Part shown: piece after piece, positions 39,167 through 52,139 of the stretch | Layout of the letters: the number at the start of each line of letters is the position of its first letter | How positions within the stretch are numbered: position 1 is the first letter of the stretch | NCBI GenBank assembly: GCA_034780895.1 | Contig: JAUZTB010000107.1 | Span: 21,721,843 to 21,785,842 of the forward strand | Reading direction: 5' to 3' | Origin: Rhynchobatus australiae | Lineage: Eukaryota | Length of the DNA: 64,000 nucleotides | Made by a program: the position numbers and the translations under genes | Notes under the pieces: model-generated | The model's database searches: none | Seen by the model: only the letters and a program-made list of their open reading frames with translations | Told to the model about the DNA's origin: nothing

Positions 39167-40856
39167 GTATCCTTTTCCTCTGCTCAAAAGCACACGAATG
39201 ATGTGCACAGGGGCTCCGATATAACTCCGCGAAAAATTATTAGCTGCGTTTCAGTTTTTGATTATGTTCCTACAAGGTCACCGCAGGATTTGCATATTGC
39301 ACGTAGAATACGAGCAAACATCGGATTTGTGCATTTAATGATAACAGACTCTCAGCTAAACTACTTTCAAGAGAAATCAGGTACATATTCAACAAATTTC
39401 ACAAGCCACAACAGATAATATAGCATTATCTAAAACAAGGAAAATCAATACAGATGAGTGAACCGAACTCAAGAAAAATATCCTTATAACAATATATCTT
39501 TGTGGTATTACTATAGGCCCTAGCTACACCTGCACGGGAAATAATTACATCGACCTATTTATTTGAAGGTGACTTCAAACAAACCACGGAGGTTGCATCA
39601 CTAAAACTTTGTATTCATTTTCATTATTGATGTTTCTAATTAACAAAATAAACCTTTTGACAAGCTTAATTCACATACAATTAGCTATTATCCCATTTCC
39701 TGAAGCTGAAATGTATTCATTTATTGGCAGTCTGACATTTAAAATTAACTTGCACTAAACCTTCAAAATATCACTTGTATGAAACATGGTGGTGCAGTAG
39801 TTAAGTTACTACACTAACCCAGAAGCCTGACATAACAAGCTAGAGACCAGGTTCAAATCCCACCATGTTAGCTGTGGAATTTAAATTTGGTTAATCTGGC
39901 TTTTAAAATAGAAGAATAGATGCTCTTGGCAATGGTGACTGTGAAACTACTGGGTTATCTTGAGGAAATCTGTCATCCTTGTCTGATTTGACGTACATGT
40001 GAATCTGCACCTATAGCACACTTGATTGACTCTTAAGTGTAAGTGCAAGATGGACAATAAACACACCCCCTTTAAAAAAAACTAAATAGTAAGTGTTTTT
40101 AAGTAAATTAAACATGGAGTTAAATGCAATTTAAATGTTAGTTGACCAAAGGAACTCTCACAAACCTATGATCCGAAATGCAGCAATGATGTTTCTGTTG
40201 TGATTTTACCACAGCTTTTAGTAGCTATGTAATCTTTAACAAGGAAATATTTACTTTAATAATAAATTGATAGCAATCCTGCTTAGTTTTCTTACACATA
40301 ATCATATTCTGTGTAAGAAAATAACATATTTTNNNNNNNNNNNNNNNNNNNNNNNNNNNNNNNNNNNNNNNNNNNNNNNNNNNNNNNNNNNNNNNNNNNN
40401 NNNNNNNNNNNNNNNNNNNNNNNNNNNNNNNNNNNNNNNNNNNNNNNNNNNNNNNNNNNNNNNNNNNNNNNNNNNNNNNNNNNNNNNNNNNNNNNNNNNN
40501 NNNNNNNNNNNNNNNNNNNNNNNNNNNNNNNNNNNNNNNNNNNNNNNNNNNNNNNNNNNNNNNNNNNNNNNNNNNNNNNNNNNNNNNNNNNNNNNNNNNN
40601 NNNNNNNNNNNNNNNNNNNNNNNNNNNNNNNNNNNNNNNTTGTATATATTTTGTCAAACCATTTTAAATTAAATTATTATACTTATGGTTTTTGAAATGG
40701 AATGGAGAACCTCAATATACAGTGATGTGTTTTTTTGAAAGTATTACAACAACCAGATTAACACAGGTTATCTGTGAGACTTGATTGCACATCTGTTAGA
40801 ATACATTAATTATTTGAATTTTTATTGAAAGAAATATTCCTTAACTGGACATACAG
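39167..40856 (+). other. U12-type (minor spliceosome) GT-AG intron
   Basis: 5' site GTATCCTTT at 39167. Branch site TTCCTTAAC at 40837-40845, 11 nt before the intron end (terminal AG 40855-40856), with no polypyrimidine tract. Splicing restores the ...EWK|PFD... frame. Confidence 0.95.
39785..40060 (+). mobile_element. tRNA-derived SINE inside the U12 intron
   Basis: A-box-like tggtgcagtagtt and B-box-like ggttcaaatccc. The body is shared with 26500-26690. Confidence 0.7.
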
Positions 40857-40962
40857 GCCATTTGATATCTTTATATTGATTGCTATTTTTGCCAACTGTG
40901 TGGCCTTAGCTATTTACATACCTTTCCCAGAAGATGACTCCAATTCAACCAATCATGATCTG
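40857..40962 (+). CDS. CACNA1D: Cav1.3 exon 3 (domain I S1 segment), 106 bp
   Basis: (K)[35 protein letters not shown] followed by GTAAGT. PFDIFIL and SNSTNH are Cav1.3-type. Absent from the ORF track. Confidence 0.95.
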
Positions 40963-41679
40963 GTAAGTGTTTTCTGATTACTTCCATTTATTTAACTTAC
41001 TGAGGAGCAACACGAGGATCTAATGATTGTATCATTCTTTAAAATAAGATTAATATAATTGGCTAATATTCATGAAATGGTGTTACTGCTTTCTGGTCTT
41101 TTTGGATTTGAAGACTGATTTATAAATAGGATCAAATTATCAACAACATTTTAAAGTAGATTACTCTACTTGCTGAAGATTAGTATGGTTTTTATACTGT
41201 GATTTTTCTGTGTACTGAAGAGTTTTTGTAAGTTAGGACACATAATACAAAGTTCAGTTGTTTGCTCAGAATTGTAGATTTCTGCATTGAAAAAGTGCAT
41301 TGCTTTCCAATNNNNNNNNNNNNNNNNNNNNNNNNCATGAGTACAATAAGATCTTATTGTTTTAATCTGTGTTTGGAATTGGGGAAAATCCACAGTGAAT
41401 TGCAGTGAAACTATTGTGTAAGCAGCTTGTGTCGTTGTGCTGAGTAAGCATTTGAGTTTGTTTATGCATTTCTTCCTGCACATCTTTAAATGGTCCTCTT
41501 CCGAATTGGTTAGCATATTCAGATTATTTTGCTAAAGCTGAATAATGAATTTCAATATTAATCACTTTCAATCATTTCTTTAGTATACTAATTAATTAAC
41601 TTGTCCTATTTGTAGAATTAAAATAAGTGGTACCAAGTACATGATGCCCGAATAGTTGGTTTGTTTTTATGATGTGAAG

Positions 41680-42540
41680 TTTTTATTCACTTTTGAAATC
41701 AGTGGCAAGGTCAGTATTTATTGTCCATCTCCAATTGCCCTTGGTTTGCTGCCCTGTATTTTGAACTGGTGCAATCCTTCTGGTGAAGGTACTCCCACAG
41801 TGCTGTTGGAAAAGTTGATTCAGGCTTTTGACTGAGCACCGATGAAGGACTGGTGATGTATTTCTATTTGAAGTGGTGGTTTTCCCATGCACTTGCTGCC
41901 CTTGTCCTTCTTGTTTTTGAAGATTGTGGATTTGAGAGGTCTGTCCAAATAGCTTAGATGAGTAATGCATAATAATGGCAGAAGGAATCAATGTTTAGGA
42001 TGCTTGACATGGTGCCAGTTAAGCTGGTTTCTTTGTCCTGGATTTGAAGGTTGTGCGTTCATCAGCAAATATTTCTATTTCTGCCTTTATGATGGGAGGA
42101 AGGTTATTGATGAAGTCGCTGAAGATGGTTGGGCCTAGATTCTGCTGTGATGAATGCCTTTCGTGATGGCTGAAGTTGGAATGATTGAGGTATGACTTCA
42201 GCAACTGGTGTTTTTTCCCTTTTGATGCTCATTGACTGCAGTTTAACCAGGGCACCATGATTGCACACTTGATTAAGTACTGCCATGATGTCAAGGGCAA
42301 TTGATCACTTGAAAAATTCAGCTCTTTATTCCATGCTTGGACCAGGGAAGAAATGAAGTTTAAAGCTGAGTGGTCCTGTGGAAATCCAAAGTGGGTGTTG
42401 GTGAGTAGGTTATTGGTGAATAAGTGGCACGTGATAATACTGTCAATGACAGTTTCCATCATTTTGCTGATTACTGAGAATAGACTGATTTGGCTGTAAT
42501 TAGCCAGATTAGATTTGTCTTGCTTTTTGTGAACAGGAGT
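41680..42540 (-). mobile_element. CR1/L2-like LINE RT remnant (second family)
   Basis: ISLF.SKMMETVID...HFGF.QDHS and LGPTIFSDFINNLP.II...EIFADE (FADD motif), followed by a 3' tail. Confidence 0.75.
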
Positions 42541-42659
42541 ACTTAATCTATTGCACTGTGCTTGTGGAGAAACCTTTTATAAAGAACATGGCACTTCTTT
42601 TTTCTGTCTGTTAGTAAGTTACCTTTTAAATTTGATCTTGTTCATAATTAGTCTAAAAA

Positions 42660-43210
42660 CATTGCTTTTTGTTTATTTATGGGATGAGATTATTGCTGGC
42701 AATGTCATCTTTCATTACTCATCCTCTGTTGTGTTTTGAACTGCTATGGATCTTCTGGTGAAAGTACAACCCATCTTGTTGTTCAGAAGTTTGTGTATTT
42801 CTAACTTTGGATGGTATGTGACCTGGAGGAGCCCCTTCAAGTAGTGGTGTTTCTAAGCATCTGTTGCTCTTGTCCTTTTTAGGTGGAGAAGCTATTAGTT
42901 TGAGAGGTTGGAGTAAGATAGTGAGTAACTGTGGTGCATTGAATTAGTGGTGAGCACTGCAACCACAATGTACAGTGATAGCAAATGTGAATATTTAGCT
43001 GATAGAGTGGCTGCAATGAGCATAGCTGTTCTGTTCTGGATGCTTTTGAGCTATTTGTGTTACTGGAGTTGCATTCATCTAGGCAAGTGGAAAGCATTTC
43101 ATCATGGTCCTCTCTTGTGTCTGGTAGATAGTAGAAAGATTTTGGGGAGTTAAGAAATGGGTGATTCATTGCATGATACCCAGTCACTGACCTATTCTTG
43201 TAGGCATTGG
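42660..43210 (-). mobile_element. Second-family LINE 3' part
   Basis: Reverse complement is homologous to 47350-47600 and 53000-53490. Confidence 0.55.
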
Positions 43211-45639
43211 ATTTATTTGGTTGGTTTCTTCAGTTAAGTTTCAGGTGCCTGGCATTTGTTAACCTGACAGATGTTAATAATGACAAAATCTTTAAAATAT
43301 TATGTACTTCTTTCAGATACTTAAAATATCTGTACAAATCACACTTTTAATTTCAAGTCCATTTTGTGTATAATTGATTTTAACTCTTTAATTGTAAGGA
43401 TGTTCTGATAAGCACTTTGCCAGTCTGGGACTAGCAGAAAGAAGGGTCAACTGAATATTCCACATTAGCATGCTAGTGGCTATATTCTGAGTATCACTGG
43501 TGGAAAATAGTTGTCCAGCTGATAAAATTGAATTATTTGAATAGGAACCAGAGGGAACAGTTCTTTTCTGTCAGGTGTATTGTCAGGATAGGATGGAGGT
43601 GACAGGGTATTTGAAATTAATGATTTCCTTGTGGCCTTAAACCTCCTGCCGCTCAGCAATGATTTTATGAGAATTTGATAGCACTTATAAAAATAGAGGC
43701 CGTGGCAATTGGCAGGTTTCTCTGATGGTCAAGATTATGTGAGGGAGCCAAGGCCAATGAGTAGATCTCCTCTTCCCTTGATCCCTTACAGTATCTAACT
43801 TCTGAATATAAATTAATGGTTGGCAGGTGATAAGAATTGTTTAAAAAAATTCATCTTCAGTTTTATACCAATTGAAATAAATGTGTTCCTCCTTTACCTC
43901 ATCTCAGATTTATTGAGACAAGGTGCTCAGACTGAATTCTATATGGTCCTGTGCTATACTAATTGGGTGCATTATGTGTTGANNNNNNNNNNNNNNNNNN
44001 NNNNNNNNNNNNNNNNNNNNNNNNNNNNNNNNNNNNNNNNNNNNNNNNNNNNNNNNNNNNNNNNNNNNNNNNNNNNNNNNNNNNNNNNNNNNNNNNNNNN
44101 NNNNNNNNNNNNNNNNNNNNNNNNNNNNNNNNNNNNNNNNNNNNNNNNNNNNNNNNNNNNNNNNNNNNNNNNNNNNNNNNNNNNNNNNNNNNNNNNNNNN
44201 NNNNNNNNNNNNNNNNNNNNNNNNNNNNNNNNNNNNNNNNNNNNNNNNNNNNNNNNNNNNNNNNNNNNNNNNNNNNNNNNNNNNNNNNNNNNNNNNNNNN
44301 NNNNNNNNNNNNNNNNNNNNNNNNNNNNNNNNNNNNNNNNNNNNNNNNNNNNNNNNNNNNNNNNNNNNNNNNNNNNNNNNNNNNNNNNNNNNNNNNNNNN
44401 NNNNNNNNNNNNNNNNNNNNNNNNNNNNNNNNNNNNNNNNNNNNNNNNNNNNNNNNNNNNNNNNNNNNNNNNNNNNNNNNNNNNNNNNNNNNNNNNNNNN
44501 NNNNNNNNNNNNNNNNNNNNNNNNNNNNNNNNNNNNNNNNNNNNNNNNNNNGGATCTTTTCTTCTAGAAATTAGACTGACAAGCATTGCATTCTTTTTTT
44601 TATTTATACATTATATATTGTCAGTAGAATACATCTATCACCAACAGCAATGCTGACCAACAGAAATGTTTTCAATTTAATTTTAATAGCTTTGAGTTTA
44701 TGTCCACATTAACAGAGTTATGATTGAGTAATTGTAGTGAGTTATGCACAAATTAATGCTTGTAAGCATTTGAGATTTGAACAGTGAAGATACCATATTG
44801 GGGGAAATTGTCCTTCAGATCCACAGTTTCATTACTGGACTGTAGGATGCACATGAAGCTGTGGTTACTTAGATGATAAGTCTTTGTCTGTGCTGTAATT
44901 AAATTTTACTTAATAATTTGCATATTGTAATTTTCCTCAAGGGTAAAATAAATAATGGGGAAATAAGATAAGAGATATAAGAAATATTGTTTGGGTTGAA
45001 TCTTAAACTTAATTAAAACACCAAATTAAATTGTATATTAATATCCCTGTTTGTCTTTTAAATTTTTGCATAGCCACATAGATCATCTGGTTAAGCATTG
45101 TGATTTCAAAAGTTTTCCATATGATACTGAATTACGTCTTATTTGATGCAGTGCATTAACATTTGATTTCTGAATAAATATCAAGATATTTTGCAAATTA
45201 TATCAGGAGTGTTGTGATTTGAGGTCAGCACTATCAGAAAAAGTACAAAATTTTGAATAAGATATTTATACGAAATAACTACAAGTGGATTGTAGTAATC
45301 TAAAGGTATCCTGCTGTATCATTTAAATTTACATGATAAAATTAGTCAGAGTCAAAAATTAAGTCAATTGAATGAGGGGTTTGAATTGGCTGGTAAAGTT
45401 TTAAGAAGCATAGCACGTGTAGATTGATTCTGAGACCATGATTTCAAAGAAGTTAATTGAGCTGTATTGTCACTTTTCTCTATGTTCAAGGGAAAACAAT
45501 AAGGGCATGCAGGAAGGGAATTAACATGATCCTGCACAATTTCAGGTGGTATCAAAGAAAATCTAGCCCATTTAATATTTTGTGCTATAAAAAGAGAAAT
45601 TTGAATTTTGTATCACCTTATTGCAACCAGTGCTGTTTG

Positions 45640-45890
45640 CAATTAATGTAATGTAGGAAAAACAACCAATTCCACAACAAATTCTGAGAAGCAGCACTTT
45701 GGTAATGTCCAGCCAGTTTGTTTTTAGGGGTTGGTTGAGAGGTAAATATTGGTCAAATATCTGCTCTTCTCTTCACAATAGTGATGGGGAATCTTTAACA
45801 TTCACTCAGGGAAGCAGATAAGACTTCTTTCAATGTTTTTATTTGAAATACGGAATCTCCAAAATTGTAGTACACACTCAGTATTGCAGT
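45640..45890 (-). mobile_element. Deu-domain SINE
   Basis: Reverse complement reads gcaatactgagtgtgtactac...gaatgttaaagattccccatcactatt...gaagagcag...aatatttacctctcaaccaac...ttcctacattaca. Confidence 0.6.
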
Positions 45891-46559
45891 AAGAGTCTGG
45901 TTGAAATATTAAAGAGATGCTCTGTATCTTTTTCAGTTTGGAGTTGTAATAACATTTGTGAGTGGAATATTATTACTATTTCTTCAGGAAAATGAATTAA
46001 TTTAATTTCTAAGCAATTATGTGAATCCTGCTATTACTAGGTTTTTTTTGATTCCTTGCTTACTGCCAGAAGAACATTCTTTTGAAACTGTGATCTGTTG
46101 ATGATTACAAATCTGGAAATATGGAATTAGAAAAGGAAATGCTAGAAAGACTCAGCAGATCAGGCAGTATTACATCAAGAGAGAATGTTTCAGATCAATA
46201 GCTCTTCACCAGAACTGGATTAGTGAGGAAAAAAAATGTAACTTAAGTTGTAGAGATGAGAAGTGTGGAGAGAAGTAAAACAACATTTGTGATTGGATGG
46301 AGACCCAAGTTGCACAATGCTTTCACTTAGCTATCGTGGTAAGGGTGTCATTTTTAAAAAATCTTATTAAATGTCTCCAGTTTGTCTAACGAGTAAGGTT
46401 AATTGGTCCATATTTACTTCAGCTGGTGTTGCCTTGGCATTTTCCAATTCACTGAGGCTGGCTACTGAAGGAGGAGAGAGGTTTAAAGAGACGATTTGTA
46501 GTGGCAATCCAAAACTCTTTCTCCTTCCCATCTCAACTAAAAATGTTCAAGATAAGCAA

Positions 46560-47620
46560 ATTAATTAAAACTTTCAAATCTGGATTTGCAACACTGTGAA
46601 ATATTGCCCAGCTATTCCCCCAAAAGCAGGGAAAAATCTCATGCAACTAATGACTGGCTAATCAGCCTGCTCTCAGTCATTTGCAAAGTGATATAAGGTG
46701 TTGTCAATGGTGTTATCAAGTGGCACCTGCCACTCAGCATCCAGCTTACTGATGCTCAGTTTAGATTTCCATAAGATAACTCAAATTCAAGACCTCATCA
46801 CGATGATGAGCTAGGATTGACTATCCATGACATCAAGGAAGTATTTGAACAAGCATGACATCAGGTAGTCCTGATAAACTGAGGTCAAAAGGCATTCAGG
46901 GGAAAACATTACAATGGTTTTGTACAAAGAATATAGTTTTGTGCAAAGAAGATAGTTGTGGATGTCAGAGGTCAGTCATTCCAGCCCCAGGACATTAGAG
47001 CTACATCGGCAGAGTGTCTTGGGCCCAACCATCTTCAGCTGTTTCATCAATAACTTTCTTTCCATCATAAGGTCAGAAGTGGGATGTTCACTGATTGCAC
47101 AATATTCAGCAAATGAAGCAATTTGTGCCTGCAGGTAGCAAGACTGAGACAACATTGAGGCCTACGCTGAGAAATGGTATATAACATCTACACCACTAAA
47201 GTGCCAGGCAATATCCTTCTTGAAAGGAGACTCTCACCACCTGCCCTTGATGTTCAATGATGTTACTATGGCTGACTCTCCTAACATCATCATTGATCAG
47301 AAACTCAAATGCACCAGCTGCATAATTACTGTGGCTGCAAGAGCAAGTCAGAGGCTAGATATCCTGTGGCCAATGATTCACTTGCACCTCCAAGCCTTTC
47401 TACCATTTACATGGCACAACTGTATGAAATACTTTTCACTTGGTTGGACGTGTGCAGTTTCAACAACTCTCGAAGCTCAGCACCATCAAGGAAAAAGCTG
47501 CTGGCTTGATTAATACCCATATACCATCCTAAACATTCATTCCCAACATTGCTAGTCCACAGTAGCTGCACTGCATGCCATTTGCGAAATGCACTGCAGG
47601 TACAAAGCTGGCTACACTGA
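46560..47620 (+). mobile_element. Second-family CR1/L2-like LINE RT remnant
   Basis: ISLLSVICKV, QSVLGPTIFSCFINNF.SIIRSEVG and W...F.P.KCQA-like remnants. Confidence 0.75.
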
Positions 47621-48919
47621 TGGTACCTCTCACTTTATCAATTTTTGTTTGGCAAGGGTACTTAAGGGTTATGGAACCAAGGGTGATAGAGTTAAGATAT
47701 AGATTAGCCATGATCCAATTGAATGGTGGAGCAGGCTTGAAAGGATGAATGATATGGTCCTTTTTGTATGTTTCTCTTTAGTGGATAAATAACATTGTTT
47801 TTGCTTTGTTTATTGATCTGAGATGATTCTACTTAGCTCTTGATTGTGTTGGAAGTATTGATGACTATAGGTATGACACATTATTTCCATATGCAAAGGC
47901 ACTAATGATTGCTTTAGCAATGCTAAAAGTACTTTGTGTTTTTTCTTACCCAGATCTTTGGTGAATGTGAGCATTTATGCATCCTGCCTGGCATAAGGGG
48001 CATTTAGAAGCTGCTTAATACCTAAGAAAACAAAACATTCATTACCCAATTTCAAGAGTGTTTTCTTTTTCAGGTTTAACTACCTTTTTTGCATTAAAAT
48101 GAAATGCACTTTCTTTGAAGGATATAGTTTCAGAGCATTAGATATAAGAAGCATGAATACTGGTAAGAATGTTCTGATGAAAATTGGATATTATTCAACA
48201 GGGATAAATTTCAACAAGAGCTTAGAGACATCTGCATGTTGATGAAATTGTGGATGGGAAAACTATTTGCATGGGTTTTGTTTTTGAAAAGAAAAAGTGA
48301 ACATGAAATTCAACAAATTAAAACAGGTTAATGTTTTGATATATTTCACTTCTCCATCAAAGACTTGATCCAATAAATGAAATGTTATATCTTTAAAGTC
48401 TTAAAGCTTTACAATATTCAGTACATTAAGGCACACATCATATTTTAATGCAACTAAGTTGCACAGGGAGCAAACCTTGCAGCAAAAATGGGAAATACAT
48501 TAGGACTGAGTTTATATGTGGCAAGAGAATTGCAATTCTATTCAGCCTGCAGAAGATATTTTATTTGCTGCATGATTTAATGCTTCAGTTATTGAGTGAA
48601 TCTTGGGTGAGAACAGGGTGGATGGAGCAGGATGCAGGTTTTTCATTGAGTCTGCAAAATCCTCTTAATAGGAGCCTCTCTCAAAAGGTTTGCTTCTGCT
48701 GTGTTAGAACGAAAAGGCGCAGTAGCAAGCATTGTAGGAGAGCTTTATACTGAACCATTTAAGCAAAGAATGTTGTTCATCAAACACATTTTAGGCAGTG
48801 TACACCAATCATTGGGACATATTGAGCTTGCCGTTGGTCAGTGGTTCTTTTGAGTACTTCAACATGCCATAGTCCACGGTTTAGCATAGCTTTAGCAAGG
48901 AAGGTGAACGTGTGCCAGT

Positions 48920-49655
48920 CTGCATTGGGGGATCAGTGGTGGAGGGGTCAGCAGCTTGAAATTCCTGGGCATTAACATATCGGATGTCCTGCCTTGGGAC
49001 CACCATGCAGCTGCAATCACGAGGAAGGTGCACCAGCGTCTTTACTTTCTTAGAAGGTTAAGGAGGTTCAGCATGTCACCAAACACTAACTAGCTTCTAC
49101 AGATGTACTGTTGAAAGTATCCTGACTGGTTGCAACATGGTCTGGTATGGCAGTTTGAATGTGCAGGAATGTAAGAAGCTGCAGAGAGTAGTGCACTCAG
49201 CCCAATACATCATGGGCACATCCCTCACCGCCATTGGTAGTATCTACATGAGGCACTGCCTCAAGAAGGCAACATCTATCATCAAAGATCCCCGCCGCCT
49301 GGGCCATATCATCTTCTCACAGCTACCTTCGGGCAGGAGGTACAAAAGCCTGAAGTCCCAAGCCACCAGGTTCGACAGCTACTTCCCTTCAAACATTCAG
49401 TTCTTGAACCAACCTGCACAACGCCAATCACTACCTCAGTATAACAACACTATGACTACTTTGATCTCTTTTGCACTACAATGGACTTCGGTTTGTTTTT
49501 GTTCTGATTGTGTTCTTTCTTGTAAGGTGTGTATAATTTATGTTTTTCTTGTGAATGCTGCTTATCTGATGCTATGTGCCTATGATGCTGCTGCAAGTAA
49601 GTTTTTCATTGCACCTGTGTATTCATGTACTAGTACATATGATACTCAACTTTGA
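48920..49655 (+). mobile_element. Rex1/Babar LINE 3' portion
   Basis: VEGVSSLKFLGINIS...QRLYFLRRLRRF...FYRCTVESILTGC..VWYGS...CLKKATSIIKDP..LG..IFSQLPSGRRYKSLK is the characteristic Rex1-type C-terminus. Confidence 0.85.
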
Positions 49656-49959
49656 CTTCCATTCACATGCTATATGTGGAAATCTAAGATGACCTGGAGG
49701 TCAGATACTGGCATACCCAGGCTCCTGCTCTGTCACTGGTTTCAGTGTTGACTGTAGCATCAGAACAAAAGCATGCTGAAGAGAGCAGTCAGGTACACTT
49801 CACATCAAGTGCCTCAACTGTAGACCAGGGCTGGCAGGCCTCCTGTACATTGGAGAAACCAGGTGCAGATTATGTCATTGCTTTGCAGAGCACCTGTATT
49901 CAGATCATAGGGGAAATCCTTAGCTTCCTGTTGCATGCCACTTTCTCCATCACGCTCCT

Positions 49960-50180
49960 TATCGCTTGATTTGTCTTGATCTCCATATAGTCTTTCATCT
50001 TGCGCCCCACTCCTTCTAGTTCTGTTTTGAAAACTGTAACCCTTGCACTCTTTTCCCAGTTCTGAGGAAGGGTCCTGACCGGAAACATTAAGTGGTTTCT
50101 CTTTCCACAGATGCTGCTTGACTGGCTGAGTTCTTCCAGCATTTTATATTTTGTTTCAGGCTCTAGCATCTGCAGTTTTA
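49960..50180 (+). mobile_element. Penelope-type terminal repeat carrying a degenerate minimal hammerhead ribozyme
   Basis: cagtt-CTGAGGA-agggtcctgaccg-GAAAC-attaagtg at 50057-50094, followed by ccacagatgctgc..gact.gctgagttcttccagcatttt, shared with many other copies. Confidence 0.7.
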
Positions 50181-50929
50181 GTTGTTTTCCAGGATGATCT
50201 GGCCCATTATTTATGTACTTCTGTTATATTTGTCTTAGTTATTCCTCAACTATCATTCAGGGTTCAATTGGGTAAGGAATTTTACACATTTTATGGTATA
50301 GATGTATTCATAATAAGAATTAGTTTACCAAGATGTGCAGAGCCACTTCTCAGCAATAGATAACCTTTCACTAATTTTTTGTTTTGGTTTCACTTTAACT
50401 GACCTATTTCGCCTTCATGCCACTTGCTCCCTCACATTTTGGATGCACACCTTTGCAGCATTGATGTTGTGACCTGGATCAAACTGCTAATTTTAATGGG
50501 AAGGGCATAATACTGCACAATCATTTGATAAGATTGCTCTTGGATGAAGTCACATTTGATTTGAGCATTACATTGAGCTCTTTGTTAGTTGATTTAAATC
50601 CTGGATGGAGTACAGAACATCCCCAGAGAATTAAACATGTAAAGAAAATAGTAAAATATAAAATCAAGACTCTTGCTCCTACAGCTGTATTAAAGCTGAT
50701 GGAAATGACTGAGCTGGACATAGGAATAGAAAAGAAACAGCAAGCTTTCATACAGTTCATGTAAAGACATAATTTGGGCCATAACTTATGAAAGTGATGA
50801 AAGAATTTGGATGCATATGTTCACTGGAAAGTTTATTTATCTAACCAGTTGTGGAACCATCAAACTGCTTACTGCTCATTTTTTGTTTGATAAGTAAGAA
50901 AGCATGATGCGGCTTTTGCGGACTGTTAT

Positions 50930-51142
50930 AAGATATCTTAATTAGTCACATGTACATTGAAATACTCAGTGAAATACATCTTTGTGTAGAGTGTTCTGGG
51001 GGCAGCCCACAAGTGTTGCCGTATGTCTTTGGAATGTGGGAGGAAACCAGAGCAACCAGAGGAAACCCATGCAGCACAGGGAGAATGTACAAATTCCTTA
51101 CAGACAGTGTCCAGAATTGAAACCGGGTTGCTGGCATTGTAA
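50930..51142 (-). mobile_element. V-SINE with a non-CR1 tail
   Basis: V core (aaggaatttgtacattctccctgtg...gggtttcctc) on the minus strand, with the tail tttcactgagtatttcaatgtacatgtgactaat. Confidence 0.75.
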
Positions 51143-51755
51143 NNNNNNNNNNNNNNNNNNNNNNNNNNNNNNNNNNNNNNNNNNNNNNNNNNNNNNNNNN
51201 NNNNNNNNNNNNNNNNNNNNNNNNNNNNNNNNNNNNNNNNNNNNNNNNNNNNNNNNNNNNNNNNNNNNNNNNNNNNNNNNNNNNNNNNNNNNNNNNNNNN
51301 NNNNNNNNNNNNNNNNNNNNNNNNNNNNNNNNNNNNNNNNNNNNNNNNNNNNNNNNNNNNNNNNNNNNNNNNNNNNNNNNNNNNNNNNNNNNNNNNNNNN
51401 NNNNNNNNNNNNNNNNNNNNNNNNNNNNNNNNNNNNNNNNNNNNNNNNNNNNNNNNNNNNNNNNNNNNNNNNNNNNNNNNNNNNNNNNNNNNNNNNNNNN
51501 NNNNNNNNNNNNNNNNNNNNNNNNNNNNNNNNNNNNNNNNNNNNNNNNNNNNNNNNNNNNNNNNNNNNNNNNNNNNNNNNNNNNNNNNNNNNNNNNNNNN
51601 NNNNNNNNNNNNNNNNNNNNNNNNNNNNNNNNNNNNNNNNNNNNNNNNNNNNNNNNNNNNNNNNNNNNNNNNNNNNNNNNNNNNNNNNNNNNNNNNNNNN
51701 NNNNNNNNNNNNNNNNNNNNNNNNNNNNNNNNNNNNNNNNNNNNNNNNNNNNNNN

Positions 51756-52130
51756 NTCCTCAAGCTCTTAATGAAGTAGAGCCACTGCCACGCCTTCTTC
51801 GTGATTGCATCAGTGTGTTGGGCCCAGGGTAGACCCTCTGAGATGTTGACCCCCAGGAACTTGAAGCTGCTCACCCTTTCCACTGCTTACCCCTCAATGA
51901 AGACTGGTGTGTATTCTCCTGACTTCCCCTTCCTGAAGTCCACATTCATTTCCTTGGTCTTGCTGACGTTGAGTGTGAGGTTGTTGAGACACCACTCAAC
52001 CAACCGATCTATCTCACTCCTTTATGCCTCCTCATTGCCATCTGAGATCCTGCCAACAACAGTGGTGTCATCAGCAAATTTATAGATGGCGTTTGAGCTT
52101 TGCCTTGCCACACAGTCATGAGTGTAGCGA
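51756..52130 (-). mobile_element. Rex1/Babar RT fragment
   Basis: YKFADDTTVVGRISDGNEEA...NNLTLNVSKTKEMNVDFRK...ERVSSFKFLGVNISE. Confidence 0.88.
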
Positions 52131-52139
52131 GAAGGAGCA

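Noticed and set aside
38769-39224. 151-aa ORF as a standalone gene
   Set aside because: It is Cav1.3 exon 2 with open intronic flanks; splice sites delimit 38854-39166.
38854-40962. Calling the channel CACNA1C, CACNA1F or CACNA1S
   Set aside because: Diagnostic residues ([32 protein letters not shown]) and the NSCaTE motif favour CACNA1D.
43820-44656. Long ORFs containing X runs (also ~37420-37940, 40267-40695, 50982-51883, 62799-63318)
   Set aside because: Artefacts of translating through N assembly gaps.
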